Position numbers and translations under genes: made by a program
Assembly: GCF_006345805.1 (NCBI RefSeq)
Contig: NC_043025.1
Location: forward strand, 14,260,001 to 14,324,000
Length of the DNA stretch: 64,000 nucleotides
Direction of reading: 5' to 3'
Source: Octopus sinensis
Taxonomy: Eukaryota
Shown: piece after piece, positions 1-11,812 of the stretch
How the letters are laid out: each line of letters opens with the position of its first letter
Position numbering within the stretch: the first letter of the stretch is position 1
The notes under the pieces: model-generated
Seen by the model: only the letters and a program-made list of their open reading frames with translations
The model's database searches: none
Told to the model about the DNA's origin: nothing

Positions 1-235
1 TCATACACTGACCCCTCAAAAGGTCACACTCACCTGATCCCATACACTGACCCTTCAAAAGGACACACACAATCTCATACACTGACCCCTCAAAAGGTCA
101 CACTCATGACCTCATACACTCACCCATCAAGAAGTCACGCTCATGACTTCAAACACTGGCCCTTCATAAGGTCACACACACACATGACTTCAATCAATGA
201 CCTTTTCAAGGCTATCTACAACAAGCTCACAGGCC
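1..235. repeat. Degenerate ~35-45 bp minisatellite (CATACACTGACCCCTCAAAAGGTCACACTCA-like), truncated by window start
   Basis: Motif atacactgaccc(c/t)tcaaaagg recurs about 5-6 times with increasing divergence. Confidence 0.75.
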
Positions 236-599
236 CCCACATATCTGTAGATTCTATACTAGCTTCAAACACCAACAACCAGGCAGTATTTGGCAGCAAA
301 GTCAAACTATATATATATATATATATTTTTATTGAAATGGATAAATGAATTATCTTGTTTCGGATTATTCAAATGATAACCGATACCTGGGTAGCAAAAA
401 TCACAACAGAAAAATCACGGTTGGGGTTACGACCATGGGGTCTCAAAACCGTGCCTTAGTGCGGAAATTTGAAGAGAAAGCTGCAAAATGGTCTCCTTAT
501 TCAATCCGAATTAGGGACTTTGCAGCCTTTGAAACATATGTAGAAAATAATAAAAAGGAATTTTGTTAAATCTTCGTTCAGCTCCATTTCTTACCTCAC

Positions 600-654
<55 letters not shown>

Positions 655-794
655 ATAAATATTAGGGAATAATATTTTAATTTTATTTAATTTATATAAA
701 ATCTTTTATGTATTGGATTAAGTCTTTCTTTGTTTGATTTGCATAATAGTGGTTTTGTCTCTAATTAATATTATATATATATTAATACATATAT

Positions 795-1345
795 AAGCGA
801 TCTCAGGATTGGTCGGCCGAGATTGCGAGGATGATCCGGTTCTTGACTGAAGATTGGGGGCTTCGAATGGCCGTCCGTGTCTTTTTGTATTGTCTTCTAA
901 ATATGTATGTTTGGTTTTTCAAGCCATCCGTGGCCATCAAAGACAATGGATGGACGTGTGTGAGTGCATTCGTACTAAAGTGCGCGAGAGAGAGAGCGAC
1001 CAGGTGTTTCGGCTCAAGTCGAACCGTTGCCTTGGAGACGACCATGGTCGAAGCCAATGGCGGTTTTATTGAATAAATTTACTCTTTTAGGATTTCAAGA
1101 TATTTTTATGGAATTTTGGTAAATATTTCTGTTAAAATGAGATGTCAGGGTTATTTAGACGACAGTTTATTTTCCGGCTCCTGTACGTGCGTGTGGGTAT
1201 GTGTCTGGGTGTGGGGTCAAGGAGTCTGGGGTCGAGTTTTTGTTGAATTTTTCAAGCCATTCTTGGACATCAAAGACGATGGATGGACGTGTGTGAGTGC
1301 ATTCGTACTAAAGTGCGCGCGCGAGAGAGAGAGGGGGGGGAGGGA
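795..1345 (+). mobile_element. Unclassified interspersed repeat with internal 333-bp tandem period (left arm of a large inverted repeat)
   Basis: caagccat..gacatcaaagacaatggatggacgtgtgtgagtgcattcgtactaaagtg at ~920 and ~1253; the 5' part (795-900) recurs at 18355-18460. Confidence 0.75.
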
Positions 1346-1558
1346 GAGAGAGAGATAGGGAGATGTGTGTGTGTGTATGTGTGTGTATATATATATATAT
1401 GTATATATATACACATAGACACACAAATCTCCCATTTCTGATGACTCAACTATTTTCAAGTTACAGCTAAAGGGAGGTAATTAGGTTGTTCCTGCGTTGT
1501 CTGCTTTAACTTCTAATCTCTCGAGCAAACGTCCTTCAACGTTTCTGCACACACGCAC

Positions 1559-1719
1559 CGCGCAGGCGTGGCTGTGTGGTTAGGGGTTAACTTCCAATCA
1601 CAGGGTCTTGGGTTCAGTCCCACTGCGTGGCACCTTGGGCAAGTGTCTTCTACTATAGCCTCGGGACGACCAAAGCCATGTGAGTGGATTTGGTGAGCGG
1701 AAACTGAAAGAAGCCCGTC

Positions 1720-1758
<39 letters not shown>

Positions 1759-1970
1759 GTACATATTTATGTGTGTTTTGTGTCTGTGCTTGTTCTCCCA
1801 CCATCGCTTGACAACCGATGTTGGTGTGTTTATGTCCCTGCAAAAGCGACCGATAGAATAAGTACTGGGCTTACAAAAGAATAAGTCCCGGGGTCGAGTT
1901 GCTCGATTAAAGGCGGTGCTCCAGCATGGCCGCAGTCAAAATGACTGAAACAAGTAAAGGAATAAAAGAA
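1559..1970 (+). mobile_element. SINE family A (tRNA-like head, CORE-like block, internal (TA)n(TG)n, CR1/L2-like tail), full length
   Basis: A-box-like GGCTGTGTGGT and B-box GGGTTCAGTCCC, then gtggcaccttgggcaagtgtcttc; tail ggtgctccagcatggccgcagtcaaaatgactgaaacaag; more than 20 related copies in the window. Confidence 0.85.
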
Positions 1971-2127
1971 AATAAATAAATGAAAAAGTCTGAGACGGCC
2001 ATCAATGGCTGCTTCCTCGTTTCCCGCCCAAAGTTGTGTCGTCTGCTTCAGTTTCAGAATAGATTTTTCCCCCAATCTACTTCGTCTTGAGACAAAAAAA
2101 AAAAACCATACACACACGCGGACATAC

Positions 2128-2177
<50 letters not shown>

Positions 2178-2325
2178 GCACACAGATAAATACACACACA
2201 CACGCACACAGATAAATACACACACACACATGCACACACATACACACAAAACTGAAAACGAAAATCCTTCTATTTCATCCAATTCTTCGGCAATCTTTCA
2301 TTTCTATAATTTTTTTTCCCTCAGC

Positions 2326-2963
2326 TTAAACACCTGGTCTCCCTCTCTCCCCCTCTCTCTCTCACTCTCTCTCTCACTCTCTCCCTCCCTCTCTCTCTCC
2401 CTCTCTCTCTCTCGCGTGAACACACTTTAGTACGAATGCACTCACACACGTCCATCCATTGTCTTTGATGTCCAAGAATGGCTTCAAAAACCCAACAAAA
2501 ACTCGACCTCAGACTCCTTGACCCCACACCCAGACACATACCCACACGCACGTACAGGGGCCGGAAAATAATCTGTCGTCTAAATAACCCTGACATCTCA
2601 TTTTTACAGATATATTTACCAAAATTCCATAAAAATATCTTGAAATCCTAAAAGAGTAAATTTATTCAATAAAACCGCCATTGGCTTCGACCATGGTCGT
2701 CTCCAAGGCAACGGTTCGACTTGAGCCGAAACACCTGGTCGCTCTCTCGCGCGCGCCACTTTAGTACGAATGCACTCACACACGTCCATCCATTGTCTTT
2801 GATGTCCACGAATGGCTTGAAACACCAAACATACACTCCAACTCAGACTCGACCTCACACTCAGACTCGACCTCACACTCACACACATTCAGGGGGCGGA
2901 AAATAAACTGTTGTCTAAATTAGGCAAAAATGAAAATTTCGCCGACATCTCATTTTAACAGAT
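2326..2963 (-). mobile_element. Inverted copy of the 795-1345 repeat, about 1.9 units of the 333-bp period
   Basis: Reverse complement aligns to 903-1340 with few differences; repeated anchors at ~2481 and ~2815. Confidence 0.8.
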
Positions 2964-3035
2964 ATACTCTCTCTCTTTTATACTTGTTTCAGTCATTTGA
3001 CTGTGGCCATGCTGGAGCACCGCCTTTAGTCGAGG

Positions 3036-3380
3036 CATGGCTGATGTCAGTGCCATTTGACCGGCGGCACCCATGCTTGTGGCATGTATAAAGCATCATT
3101 TGAGCATTGGGCCTGACGGGGGCAGTGACAGGAGATGAAGACCCCCCTTGACGATATACTGTGCTTGTGTTGCCCTGTCAAGTCAAGTAAGACCGTAGAC
3201 GTGGTCAATGCTGGGATAAAAACCCCCTACAACACTCTCGGAGTGGTTGGTATTAGGAAGGGCATCCAGCCGTAGGGACCTTGTCAAATCAGACTGGAAA
3301 CTGGTGCAGCTTACCAGCTTTCAGTTGAAATGTCCAACCCATGCCAGCAGGGAAAGCGGATGTTAAAGGATGATGATGAA
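3036..3380 (+). mobile_element. SINE-like family D (GCCGGTGGCACGTAAAAAGCAC modules, GGAAGGGCATCCAGC block, (GAT)n tail), degenerate; preceded by a minus-strand family A tail at 2967-3034
   Basis: gagtggttggtattaggaagggcatccagccgtag ... ccaacccatgccagca..gatgatgatg; the block resembles the Ceph/RTE-5'UTR-type domain from memory, unverified. Confidence 0.7.
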
Positions 3381-3431
3381 GAGGTCGAAAAGTTTGGTTT
3401 TTTATTCAATTTTTTATTTAATTTTTTTTTA

Positions 3432-3868
3432 ATATTTCATCCAGTTTCAGCTCACGAGCTGTGGCCATGCCGGGGCACCGCCATTCGGTGGTGCTACATG
3501 ATTTTACTCCACGAATGCTTTTTAGCAATTGCCATTTGGTGCATGAGAGAGTCTGATGCAGCTGCCCTCATCTGCACCTCCTGCCGTGAAGTTGGTTCAT
3601 CTGGGACACCTGACAAGAAAAGGTCCAGCTTTATTTTAAAGACACCTACATCCACCCCATGCAGGTCTCTCAGGTCCTTCGGGAGGATATTGAAGAGCTG
3701 TGAACCTCTGAAGCCCAGGCTATCACAGTATCTTGTCCTACATCTTGATGGCAAATTTGGAGTCCTTGGCACTATGCAGTGGCGCCCAGTTCTAGCATTT
3801 GTGTAACTCTCGATGCCAAAGTTTGGGACAAGTCCTTCCAGGACCTTTCAGATGTATATTATGGCATA
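3432..3868 (-). mobile_element. 5'-truncated CR1/L2-group LINE: ORF2 C-terminus plus 3' UTR
   Basis: Minus strand reads YAIIYI*KVLEGLVPN...GRHC...SLGFRGSQLFNILPKDLR...FKIKLDLFLSGVPDEP, the typical CR1/L2-group post-RT C-terminus; one in-frame stop; second copy at 46561. Confidence 0.8.
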
Positions 3869-3869
3869 A

Positions 3870-4200
3870 TTTTTTTAGAACATTTAAAAAATTTTCGTTT
3901 TAAATTTTTCTAAATTAAAAAAAAAAATTTTTCGAATTAAAAAAAAAAATTTTTTTTAATTTTCGAAATTTAAAAAATGTTTTCGCTTTGATTTTTCGAA
4001 TTAAAAAAAAAATTTTCTTTTTTAATTTTTTGAACTTTTAAAAAATATTTTTTTAATTTTTGGAAATTAAAAAATTTTTCTGTTTTAATTCCTCGAATTT
4101 CTTTAGAATTCTTTAAATTTTCAAATTTAAAAAAAAATTTCTTTTCCAATTTTTCGAGTTAAACAAAATCTGTTTAAATCCCCTCCATAAACCATTAAAT
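3870..4200. repeat. AT-rich low-complexity tract of A/T runs with TTCGAA cores
   Basis: Repeated aaattttt(t)cgaattaaaaaaaaa motifs. Confidence 0.7.
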
Positions 4201-4358
4201 GTTTTTAAGGGGAGAAAGATATTGAAAAACATCAAACGAGGACGGTATGAGGTGGTCATGAGATGTACTAAAAATAACAGCTAAACACCTTTTAAGTCAC
4301 GCACCATTATTTTTTTCCTGGTGGGCAGTATTGCATAATTGTATAAATTCCCGTGTAT

Positions 4359-4733
4359 ACTCTTTTACTTGTTTCAGTCATTTGACTGCGGCCATGCTGG
4401 AGCACCGCCTTTAGTCGAAGAAATCGACCCCTGGACTTATTCTATCGGTCTCGTTTGCCGAACCGCTAACTGACAGGGACATAAACACACCAGCATCGGT
4501 TGTCAAGCAATGCTAGGGGGACAAACACAGACACAAACACGCATATATATATGTATATATATATATACGACGGGCTTCTTTCAGTTTCCGTCTACCAAAT
4601 CCACTTCACAAAGCTTTGGTCGGCCCAAGGCTATAGTAGAAGACACTTGCCCAAGGTACCACGCAGTGGGACTGAACCTGGAACCATGTGGTTGGTAAAT
4701 AAGCTACTTACCACACAGCCACTACTGCGCCTA
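4359..4733 (-). mobile_element. SINE family A, full length
   Basis: Reverse complement of the family A consensus from head to tail. Confidence 0.88.
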
Positions 4734-5135
4734 TAGATTACAAATTCACAAAAATTTTCTGAAATTCCAAAATAATAAAAAGAAATGATGAGGTAATCCT
4801 AATTGGCCGTAGCAGTAGCAACCTATTCATTCTCGGCTGAAAAATTTCCCGAAGGTCAGTTTGACCTTTCCTGCCAAAAGTACAGAGGTCGATGTTCATT
4901 CGATATAGCCGAACCAATAACAGCAGCAGCAGCCGTACCACCGCTAACACCACTACCAACGAAATAGTAAGGCCTTCTGCTCATGTCAAATACGGCCATG
5001 ACCACCACCACCATATAGTCAACTTCACCCCCACCCACTCACCACCCTTTATATTTTATAGAAAGGGTCGTGAGTTACATATTATATATTAATGGAAGAA
5101 ACAGATTGGGTTTAAATCCTTAAAATCCTTTAAAA

Positions 5136-5259
5136 TGTTTTAGCCCGAAGGCCGCGCCCATGCTGGGGCACCACAGTTTTTTTATATTTTTTTATTTATT
5201 TTTAAAATTTTTTATTTAGTTTCAGCTCACAAGCTGCGGCCATGCTGGGGCATCGCCAT
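5136..5259 (-). mobile_element. Two isolated ~45-bp LINE/SINE 3' tails (5136-5176 and 5214-5259)
   Basis: Minus strand GGTGCCCCAGCATGG-stem-loop-(G/A)AAAC motif, matching the tail of the LINE at 3432. Confidence 0.7.
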
Positions 5260-5333
5260 ATTTTATTTACATTTCTGAAGAAAAAAAAGATGCCCTAACC
5301 CTAAAACAGATTGAAGTACAATAGATCGATACC

Positions 5334-5767
5334 AGGCTCAGGAGTTGCTGTGTGGTAAGTAGCTTGTTTACCAACCACATGGTTCCGGGTTCAGTCCCAC
5401 TGCGTGGCATCTTGGGCAAGTGTCTTCTGCTATAGCCCCGGGCCGACCAATGCCTTGTGAGTGGATTTGGTAGACGGAAACTGAAAGAAGCCTGTCGTAT
5501 ATATGTGTATATATATATATATATATATGCGTGTGTGTGTGTGTGTGTATTTGTGTGTCTGTGTTTGTCCCCCTAGCATTGCTTGACAACCGATGCTGGT
5601 GTGTTTACGTCCCCGTTACTTAGCGATTCGGCAAAAGTGACCGATAGAATAAGTACTGGGCTTACAAAAGAATAAGTCCTGGGGTCGATTTGCTCAACTA
5701 AAGGCGGTGCTCCAGCATGGCCGCAGTCAAATGACTGAAACAAGGAAAAGAGTAAAAGAGTAAAGAG
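5334..5767 (+). mobile_element. SINE family A, full length
   Basis: Head aggagttgctgtgtggtaag through tail aaagagtaaaagagtaaagag. Confidence 0.88.
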
Positions 5768-5890
5768 AGGGTCATAATTACGGGTGGACACTAAAGGAGG
5801 AACGGTTTTGTTATCCGGCTCCGTTTAAGAGTGACCCCTCAGTTTATGGCCACAGAATATCTTTTTTTTCTCATTTTCATACGACGCCGC

Positions 5891-5971
5891 CAGGTGGTCG
5901 TAGTAGGATCGACTAGTCACGCCTAGCTAGCGCGAGTACGCGCACCGGGACCACTCTTCTTAAGTCGTACC
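5891..5971. mobile_element. Solo terminal arm of the palindromic MITE seen intact at 59426-59645
   Basis: gtaggatcgactagtcacg..ctagctag..gcaccgggaccactcttcttaagtcgtacc matches that element's TIR. Confidence 0.75.
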
Positions 5972-6192
5972 GTAGAAAGGCTGACACACGCTTCTCTACA
6001 CGTGTCGTCGGTCAATGACTCAACTTTTATGTAACAGTGCAGGGGAGGTAACTAGTGTGGTCTTTAGAAAATTGCTAAGATTACTTCCCTTGATTTACCA
6101 ATGTTTGAGACCTTTCAAATTTACTTTTCAAGGGCACACACACACGTGTGTCTGTGGGGCCTTATCTATATATCGCAGCCCTTGTGTCCCTT

Positions 6193-6571
6193 ACTCTTTT
6201 ATTCTCTTTTACTTGTTTCAGTCATTTGACTGTGGCCATGCTGGAGCACCGCCTTTAGTCGAGCAAATCAACCCTATGATTTATTCTTTGGAAGCCTAGT
6301 ACTTATTCTATCGGTCTCTTGTGCCGAACCGCTAAGTTACGGGGACGTAAACACACCAGCATCGGTTGTCAAACACAGACACACAAACACATATATATAT
6401 ATATACATAATACGACAGGCTTCTTTCAGTTTCCGTCTACCAAATCCACTCACAAGGCATTGGTCGGCCCGGGGCTATAGTAGAAGACACTTGGCCAAGG
6501 TGCCACGCAGTGGGACTGAACCCGGAACCATGTGGTTGGTTAGCAAGCTACTTACCACACAGCCACTCCTG
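6193..6571 (-). mobile_element. SINE family A, full length
   Basis: Reverse complement of the family A consensus. Confidence 0.88.
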
Positions 6572-7419
6572 TCCCTTGGTAACTTTTTACTGATTAAAAT
6601 ACGTGTGTTTGAGTTCCTTTTCCCCTGCTTTTCTCTTGGCGTTCTTGAGAAAATTCTGTAGTTTGTAAGCTATTTCTTGTTAAGTACATATTTGATTTGG
6701 TATATACACCCTTAATGTTAAATATATAATTTACTAATGCCCTCTATATCGTAATCATTAAATGATAATGGTGGGACCACAGATTTAGATAACAGACAAA
6801 AATCACAGCTATTGATTGGTGGTGGAGGGTAACAAAGAAAGGGCTGGTTACAGGAGAGGGTAACAGATAGGATCTCATATTAATTAGGGATTAGTGGTTA
6901 TCAGATGGGATTAGATATTGGGGTCGGGTAACAGACAGGCTGAGAGACAGACACACCATCGATATTGGATTTGGTGGGGGAGGCAAAAATATCAATTTGA
7001 TCCACCTGGTATTGAGGTATTCCATCTGTGACCATCCTCATGCATACACGCATACATACACTGAGTGTGTATAACATATTCATACGTATGTCGTCCAACC
7101 CATGCTAGCATGGAAAACGGACGCTAAATGATGATGATGATGATGATGATGTATACATACATGCAAAATTGATGAAAAGAGTACAGCAAATCCGAGTGCA
7201 GATCAACACCAGACACTTTAGAGTACACAGAGTACACACACACACAGGTAACACCTCTGTTCATCACCTTTCCATGACAAACAGAATCTCACTAACAAAA
7301 GAAAGAAAAAATGAAAACAGATAAAATATAAAAAAACAACACATATGGCTGTGTGTGTGTGTGTGGTTGCAGCTTATGTGCAGAAACCTCTTAATCCGGA
7401 GATGGGGGAGGGTTGAGAC

Positions 7420-7436
7420 GCGTCCACACACACATA

Positions 7437-7474
<38 letters not shown>

Positions 7475-8449
7475 CACACATACACTATATATATATATAT
7501 ATATAATACACACATACACTATATATATATATATAATACACACATACACTATATATATATATATAATACACACACACACTATATATATATATTATATAAA
7601 TACACACATACACTATATATATATATATATATAATACACACATACACTATATATATATATATTATACACAACACACTATATTATAATCACAACATACACT
7701 ATATATTATATAATTAATACACACACATACACTATATATATAGATATATATATAATACACACATACACTATATATATATATATATATAATACACACATAC
7801 ACTATATATATATATATATAATACACACACACACTATATATATATATATATATATAATACACACATACACTATATATATATATTTATATAATACACACAC
7901 ACACTATATTATAATATATATAATACACACATACACTATATATAGATATTTATAAAATACAATACACACACTATATATATATTATAAAATACATACAACA
8001 CTATATATAATATAAACACACATACACTATATATATATATATAATACACACATACACTATATATATATATATAATACATACACACACTATATATATATAT
8101 ATATAATACCACATACACTATATATATATATATAATACACACATACACTATATATATATATATATAATACACACACACCTATATTATATATATATATATA
8201 TATATAATCACACATACCCTATATATATATATATAATACACACATACACTATATATATATATATATAATACACACATACACTATATATATATATATATAA
8301 TACACACATACACTATATATATATATATAATACACACATACACTATATATAATATATATCTAATACACACACACACACTATATATATATATAGATATAAT
8401 ACACCACACACACACTATATATATATATATATATAATACACACATACAC

Positions 8450-8480
<31 letters not shown>

Positions 8481-8809
8481 ACTATATATATATAATATAT
8501 ACTACACATACACTATATATATATATATAATACACACATACAACTATATATATATATATTAATACACACACACACACACTATATATATATATATATAATA
8601 CCCACATACACTATATATATATATAAATATAATACACACATACACTATATATATATAATATATATAAACACACAACACACACACTATATATATATATATA
8701 ATACACACATACACTATAATATTATATATATATAATACACACATACACTATATATATAATACACATACACTATAGATATATATATATACTATAAATACAC
8801 ACACACTAT

Positions 8810-8861
<52 letters not shown>

Positions 8862-8940
8862 CCACACCTATAGATATATATATGTATATATAATACACAC
8901 ACACACTATAGATATATATATGTATATATAATACACACAC
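7420..8940. repeat. 1.5-kb compound minisatellite, unit about (TA)8-12-ATACACACATACAC
   Basis: Dozens of consecutive tatata..taatacacacatacac units. Confidence 0.92.
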
Positions 8941-9251
8941 ATACAAGGGTGGACTGATTAAAAAAAAACAAACAAGAGATATTTATAATAGCCTCACCTG
9001 AAACCAATTAAATGCAATCACACACACACACATCCCCATACCCATCCATGCACCACCCAGACACCTAAGCTTGCCCATCACTTGCTGTCTTTTGTTCAGG
9101 GTTAATGTGGGTTGTTGCTGCTGCTGTTGTTGTTGTTGTCTATTGTTTATGTTGTATCCACTTAGTTGTTGGTTGTTTATGTGAAATGAGGACATCGATC
9201 GTTAAGAGCGAGAATTAGGATACGAGGGAGAGAAATTTATATATGTATATA

Positions 9252-10083
9252 TAGGAGTGGCAGTGTGGTAAGTAGCTTGCTTACCAACCACATGGTTCCG
9301 GGTTCAGTCTCACTGCCTGGCACCTTGGGCAAGTGTCTTCTACTATAGCCTCAGGCCGACCAAAGCCTTGTGAGTGGATTTGGAAGACGGAAACTGAAAG
9401 AAGCCCGTCGTATATATGTATATAGGCACAGGAGTGACTGTGTGGTAAGTAGCTTGCTTACTAACCACATGGTTCCGGGTTCAGTCCCACTGCGTGGCAT
9501 CTTGGGCAAGTGTCTTCTACTATACTCTTGGGCCGACCAAAGCCTTGTGAGTGGATTTGGTGAGCGGAAACTGAAAGAAGCCCGTCGTATATATGTATAT
9601 ATATACATAGGCGGCGAGCTGGCAGAATCGTTAGCACGCCGGGTGAAATGCGTAGCCGTATTTCATCTGTCGTTACGTTCCGAGTTCAAAGTCCGCCGAG
9701 GTCGACTTTGCCTTTCATCCTTTCGGGGTCGATAAATTAAGTACCAGTTATGCACTGGGGTCGATGTAATCGACTTAATCCGTTTGTCTGTCCTTGTTTG
9801 CCCTCTCTGTGTTTAGCCCCTTGTGGGTAGTAAAGAAATATATACATGTATATATATATATATGTGTGTGTGTATGTGTATGTGTGTTTGTTCCCCTAAC
9901 ATTGCTTGACAACCGATGCTGGTGTGTTTATGTCCCCATCACTTAGTGGTTTGGCAAAAGAGACCAATAGAATAAGTACTGGGCTTACAAAGAATAAGTC
10001 CCGGGGTCGAGTTGCTCAATTAAAGGCGGTGCCCCAGCATGGCCGCAGTCAAATGACTGAAACAAATAAAAGAGTAAAAGAGA
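9252..10083 (+). mobile_element. Two tandem family A 5' halves (9252-9420, 9423-9600), a nested family B SINE (9609-9840) in the (TA)n, then the family A 3' half (9862-10083)
   Basis: Family A sequence resumes directly after the B insertion. Confidence 0.82.
9609..9840 (+). mobile_element. SINE family B (tRNA-like head plus Meta-like domain), full length
   Basis: A-box TGGCAGAATCG, B-box GAGTTCAAAGTCC, then gtcgactttgcctttcatcctttcggggtcgataaattaagtaccag (resembles the MetaSINE core from memory). Confidence 0.85.
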
Positions 10084-10135
10084 ATATATATATATATGTG
10101 TGTGTGTGTGTGTATGTATATATATATATATATAT

Positions 10136-10335
10136 CTTTTACTTGGTTCAGTCATGTGACTGTGGCCATGCTGGAGCACTGCCTTTAGTTGAGCAAATCG
10201 ACCCTATGACTTATTCTTTTTAAGCCTAGAACATATTCTATCAGTCTTTTTGCCGAACCGCTAAGTTATGGGGAAGTAAACACACCAATATCAGTTGTCA
10301 AGTGATGCTGGTGGGGACAAACAGACACACAAACA
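10136..10335 (-). mobile_element. Family A 3' half, inverted relative to 9862-10083
   Basis: ttcagtcatgtgactgtggccatgctggagcac...gtcaagtgatgctggtggggacaaacagacac. Confidence 0.85.
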
Positions 10336-10344
10336 CCCCACCCC

Positions 10345-11415
10345 CACTCCGAGATCGATACCCTTTTTCTTTTTTACCTTTATTGAAACTGACCCCCAAA
10401 AGGATGAACAATAAAAACTGACCTTGACACAATTTGAACTCAGAGCAAAAAAGACTCAAGAAAAACTGCAACGAGACATATCCAACCCCTTCAACATTTT
10501 CATTAATACCCCCATCCTAGACGGGTCCTTCCTTCCTCCACCCCTTTATTCAAATTGACCCCAAATGGGTAAAAGGCCAAGTCGACCTAGCCAGGAATAC
10601 TGCAACAAATGTCCAACCCTTCAAATATTTTTGTTATGACGCCCCATTCTAGATTGGTCCTTTACCTCTTCTTACCCCTTTATTAAAAGGGTCCCTGAAA
10701 GGAAAGAACACAAAGTTGACATAGGCAGGAGTTGAACTCAGAGCACAAAGACTCAAAATAGGCAGGATTTGAACTCAGAACAGATCCAATTCCTTAATTC
10801 ACTGCTTCCTGAAATTTTATGATGCCCATCTTAGAATGGTTCCCTTTTCTTTCTCCCTCCCTGTTTTCAAATCGACCTCAAAAGATGGAAGGCCTTCGTA
10901 TGATTTGAACCCAGAGCAGAAAAACTAAAGAAATACTACAACAGGACATTATTTCCAACAACTCTGACACTTTTGTCATCATCTCCATTCGAGGCTGACC
11001 CTTCCTGACCCCACCCCATTATTCAGATTGACCCCAAAAGGATGATACGGCAAAGTTGACCTAAGCAGGGTTTGAACCTGAAGCAGAAACCAAATCCTGC
11101 AACAAGACCTTTTATCCAACACCTCCAACAATTTTGTTACAATCCCATCCTAGACTAGACCCTTTTTTACCCCCCCTTTATTCAAATTGACCCCAAAGAG
11201 GTGAAAGGCAAAGTTGACCTAGGCATGATTTGAACTCAGAGCAAAATGCTTCACAAGAAACACTGCAATAAGATCTTTTATCCAGCACCATCTTACACTT
11301 TTTTTCTTCCCTCTCCTTTTTTCAAATTCACCCCAAAGGGATGAAAGGCAAAGCTGATATAGACAGGATTTGAACTCAGAGCAAAAAGCTTCACAAGAAA
11401 TACTACAACAAGACC
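10345..11415 (-). repeat. Degenerate tandem array (~135-185 bp units, about 7 copies) derived from the family B central domain; one more unit at ~11880-12100
   Basis: tgaccccaaaaggatgaaaggcaaagttgacctaggcaggatttgaactcagag anchors at ~10391, 10557, 10691, 10874, 11030, 11189, 11329 and 11975. Confidence 0.8.
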
Positions 11416-11499
11416 TCAGAGGCAGTTTTGATCATCCAGAATTGGGATCTGATTTAAAAGCATTTGGGCTGCTATTTCTAGCAGATCAAGTCTTGCTGA

Positions 11500-11812
11500 T
11501 TCACACCTTCTTTGTTCCTTCTCGAGCCAAGCCTGGCTCATAAGGGCCGGTTTCCGGTTTCCTTGGCGTATAAGTTCCTCACCTGGACAGGACACCGGTC
11601 CGTCGCAGGTGAGCTGCAAGATGCAGGAGGAAAGAGTGAGAGAAAGTTGTGGTGAAAGAGTCAGCAGAAGTTTCGCCATTACCTTTTGCCGGAGCTGCGA
11701 TGAGCTTAGGTGTTTCACTCATAAACACACTCATTGCCCGGTCTGAAATTCGAACCCACGATCCCTCGACCGCGAATCCACTGCTCTAACCACTAGGCCA
11801 TGTGCCTCCACT
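11500..11812 (-). mobile_element. tRNA-derived SINE family R1 (tRNA-Arg-like head, V-domain-like block), full length; preceded by a minus-strand family E head fragment at 11430-11500
   Basis: Minus strand GGAGGCACATGGCCTAGTGGTTAGAGC..GGGTTCGAATTTC; later tgcgacggaccggtgtcctgtccagg resembles the V-SINE core from memory. Confidence 0.78.

Noticed and set aside
345-569. 74-aa ORF MNYLVSDYSNDNRY...
   Set aside because: No recognisable motif, splice context or homology; length is expected by chance
985-1045. GGC..GCC-GAAAC..GTC on the minus strand resembling half a hammerhead (also at 2700-2745)
   Set aside because: No CUGANGA upstream (reads CTCCAA), so not called a ribozyme
5290-5310. CCCTAACCCTAA dimer (also near 27686)
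   Set aside because: Only two units, expected by chance; not an interstitial telomere array
8983-9195. Poly-Q ORF with a CAG|GTGAGG donor on the minus strand
   Set aside because: Derived from (CAA/CAG)n and (GT)n repeats; no convincing acceptor or recognisable peptide
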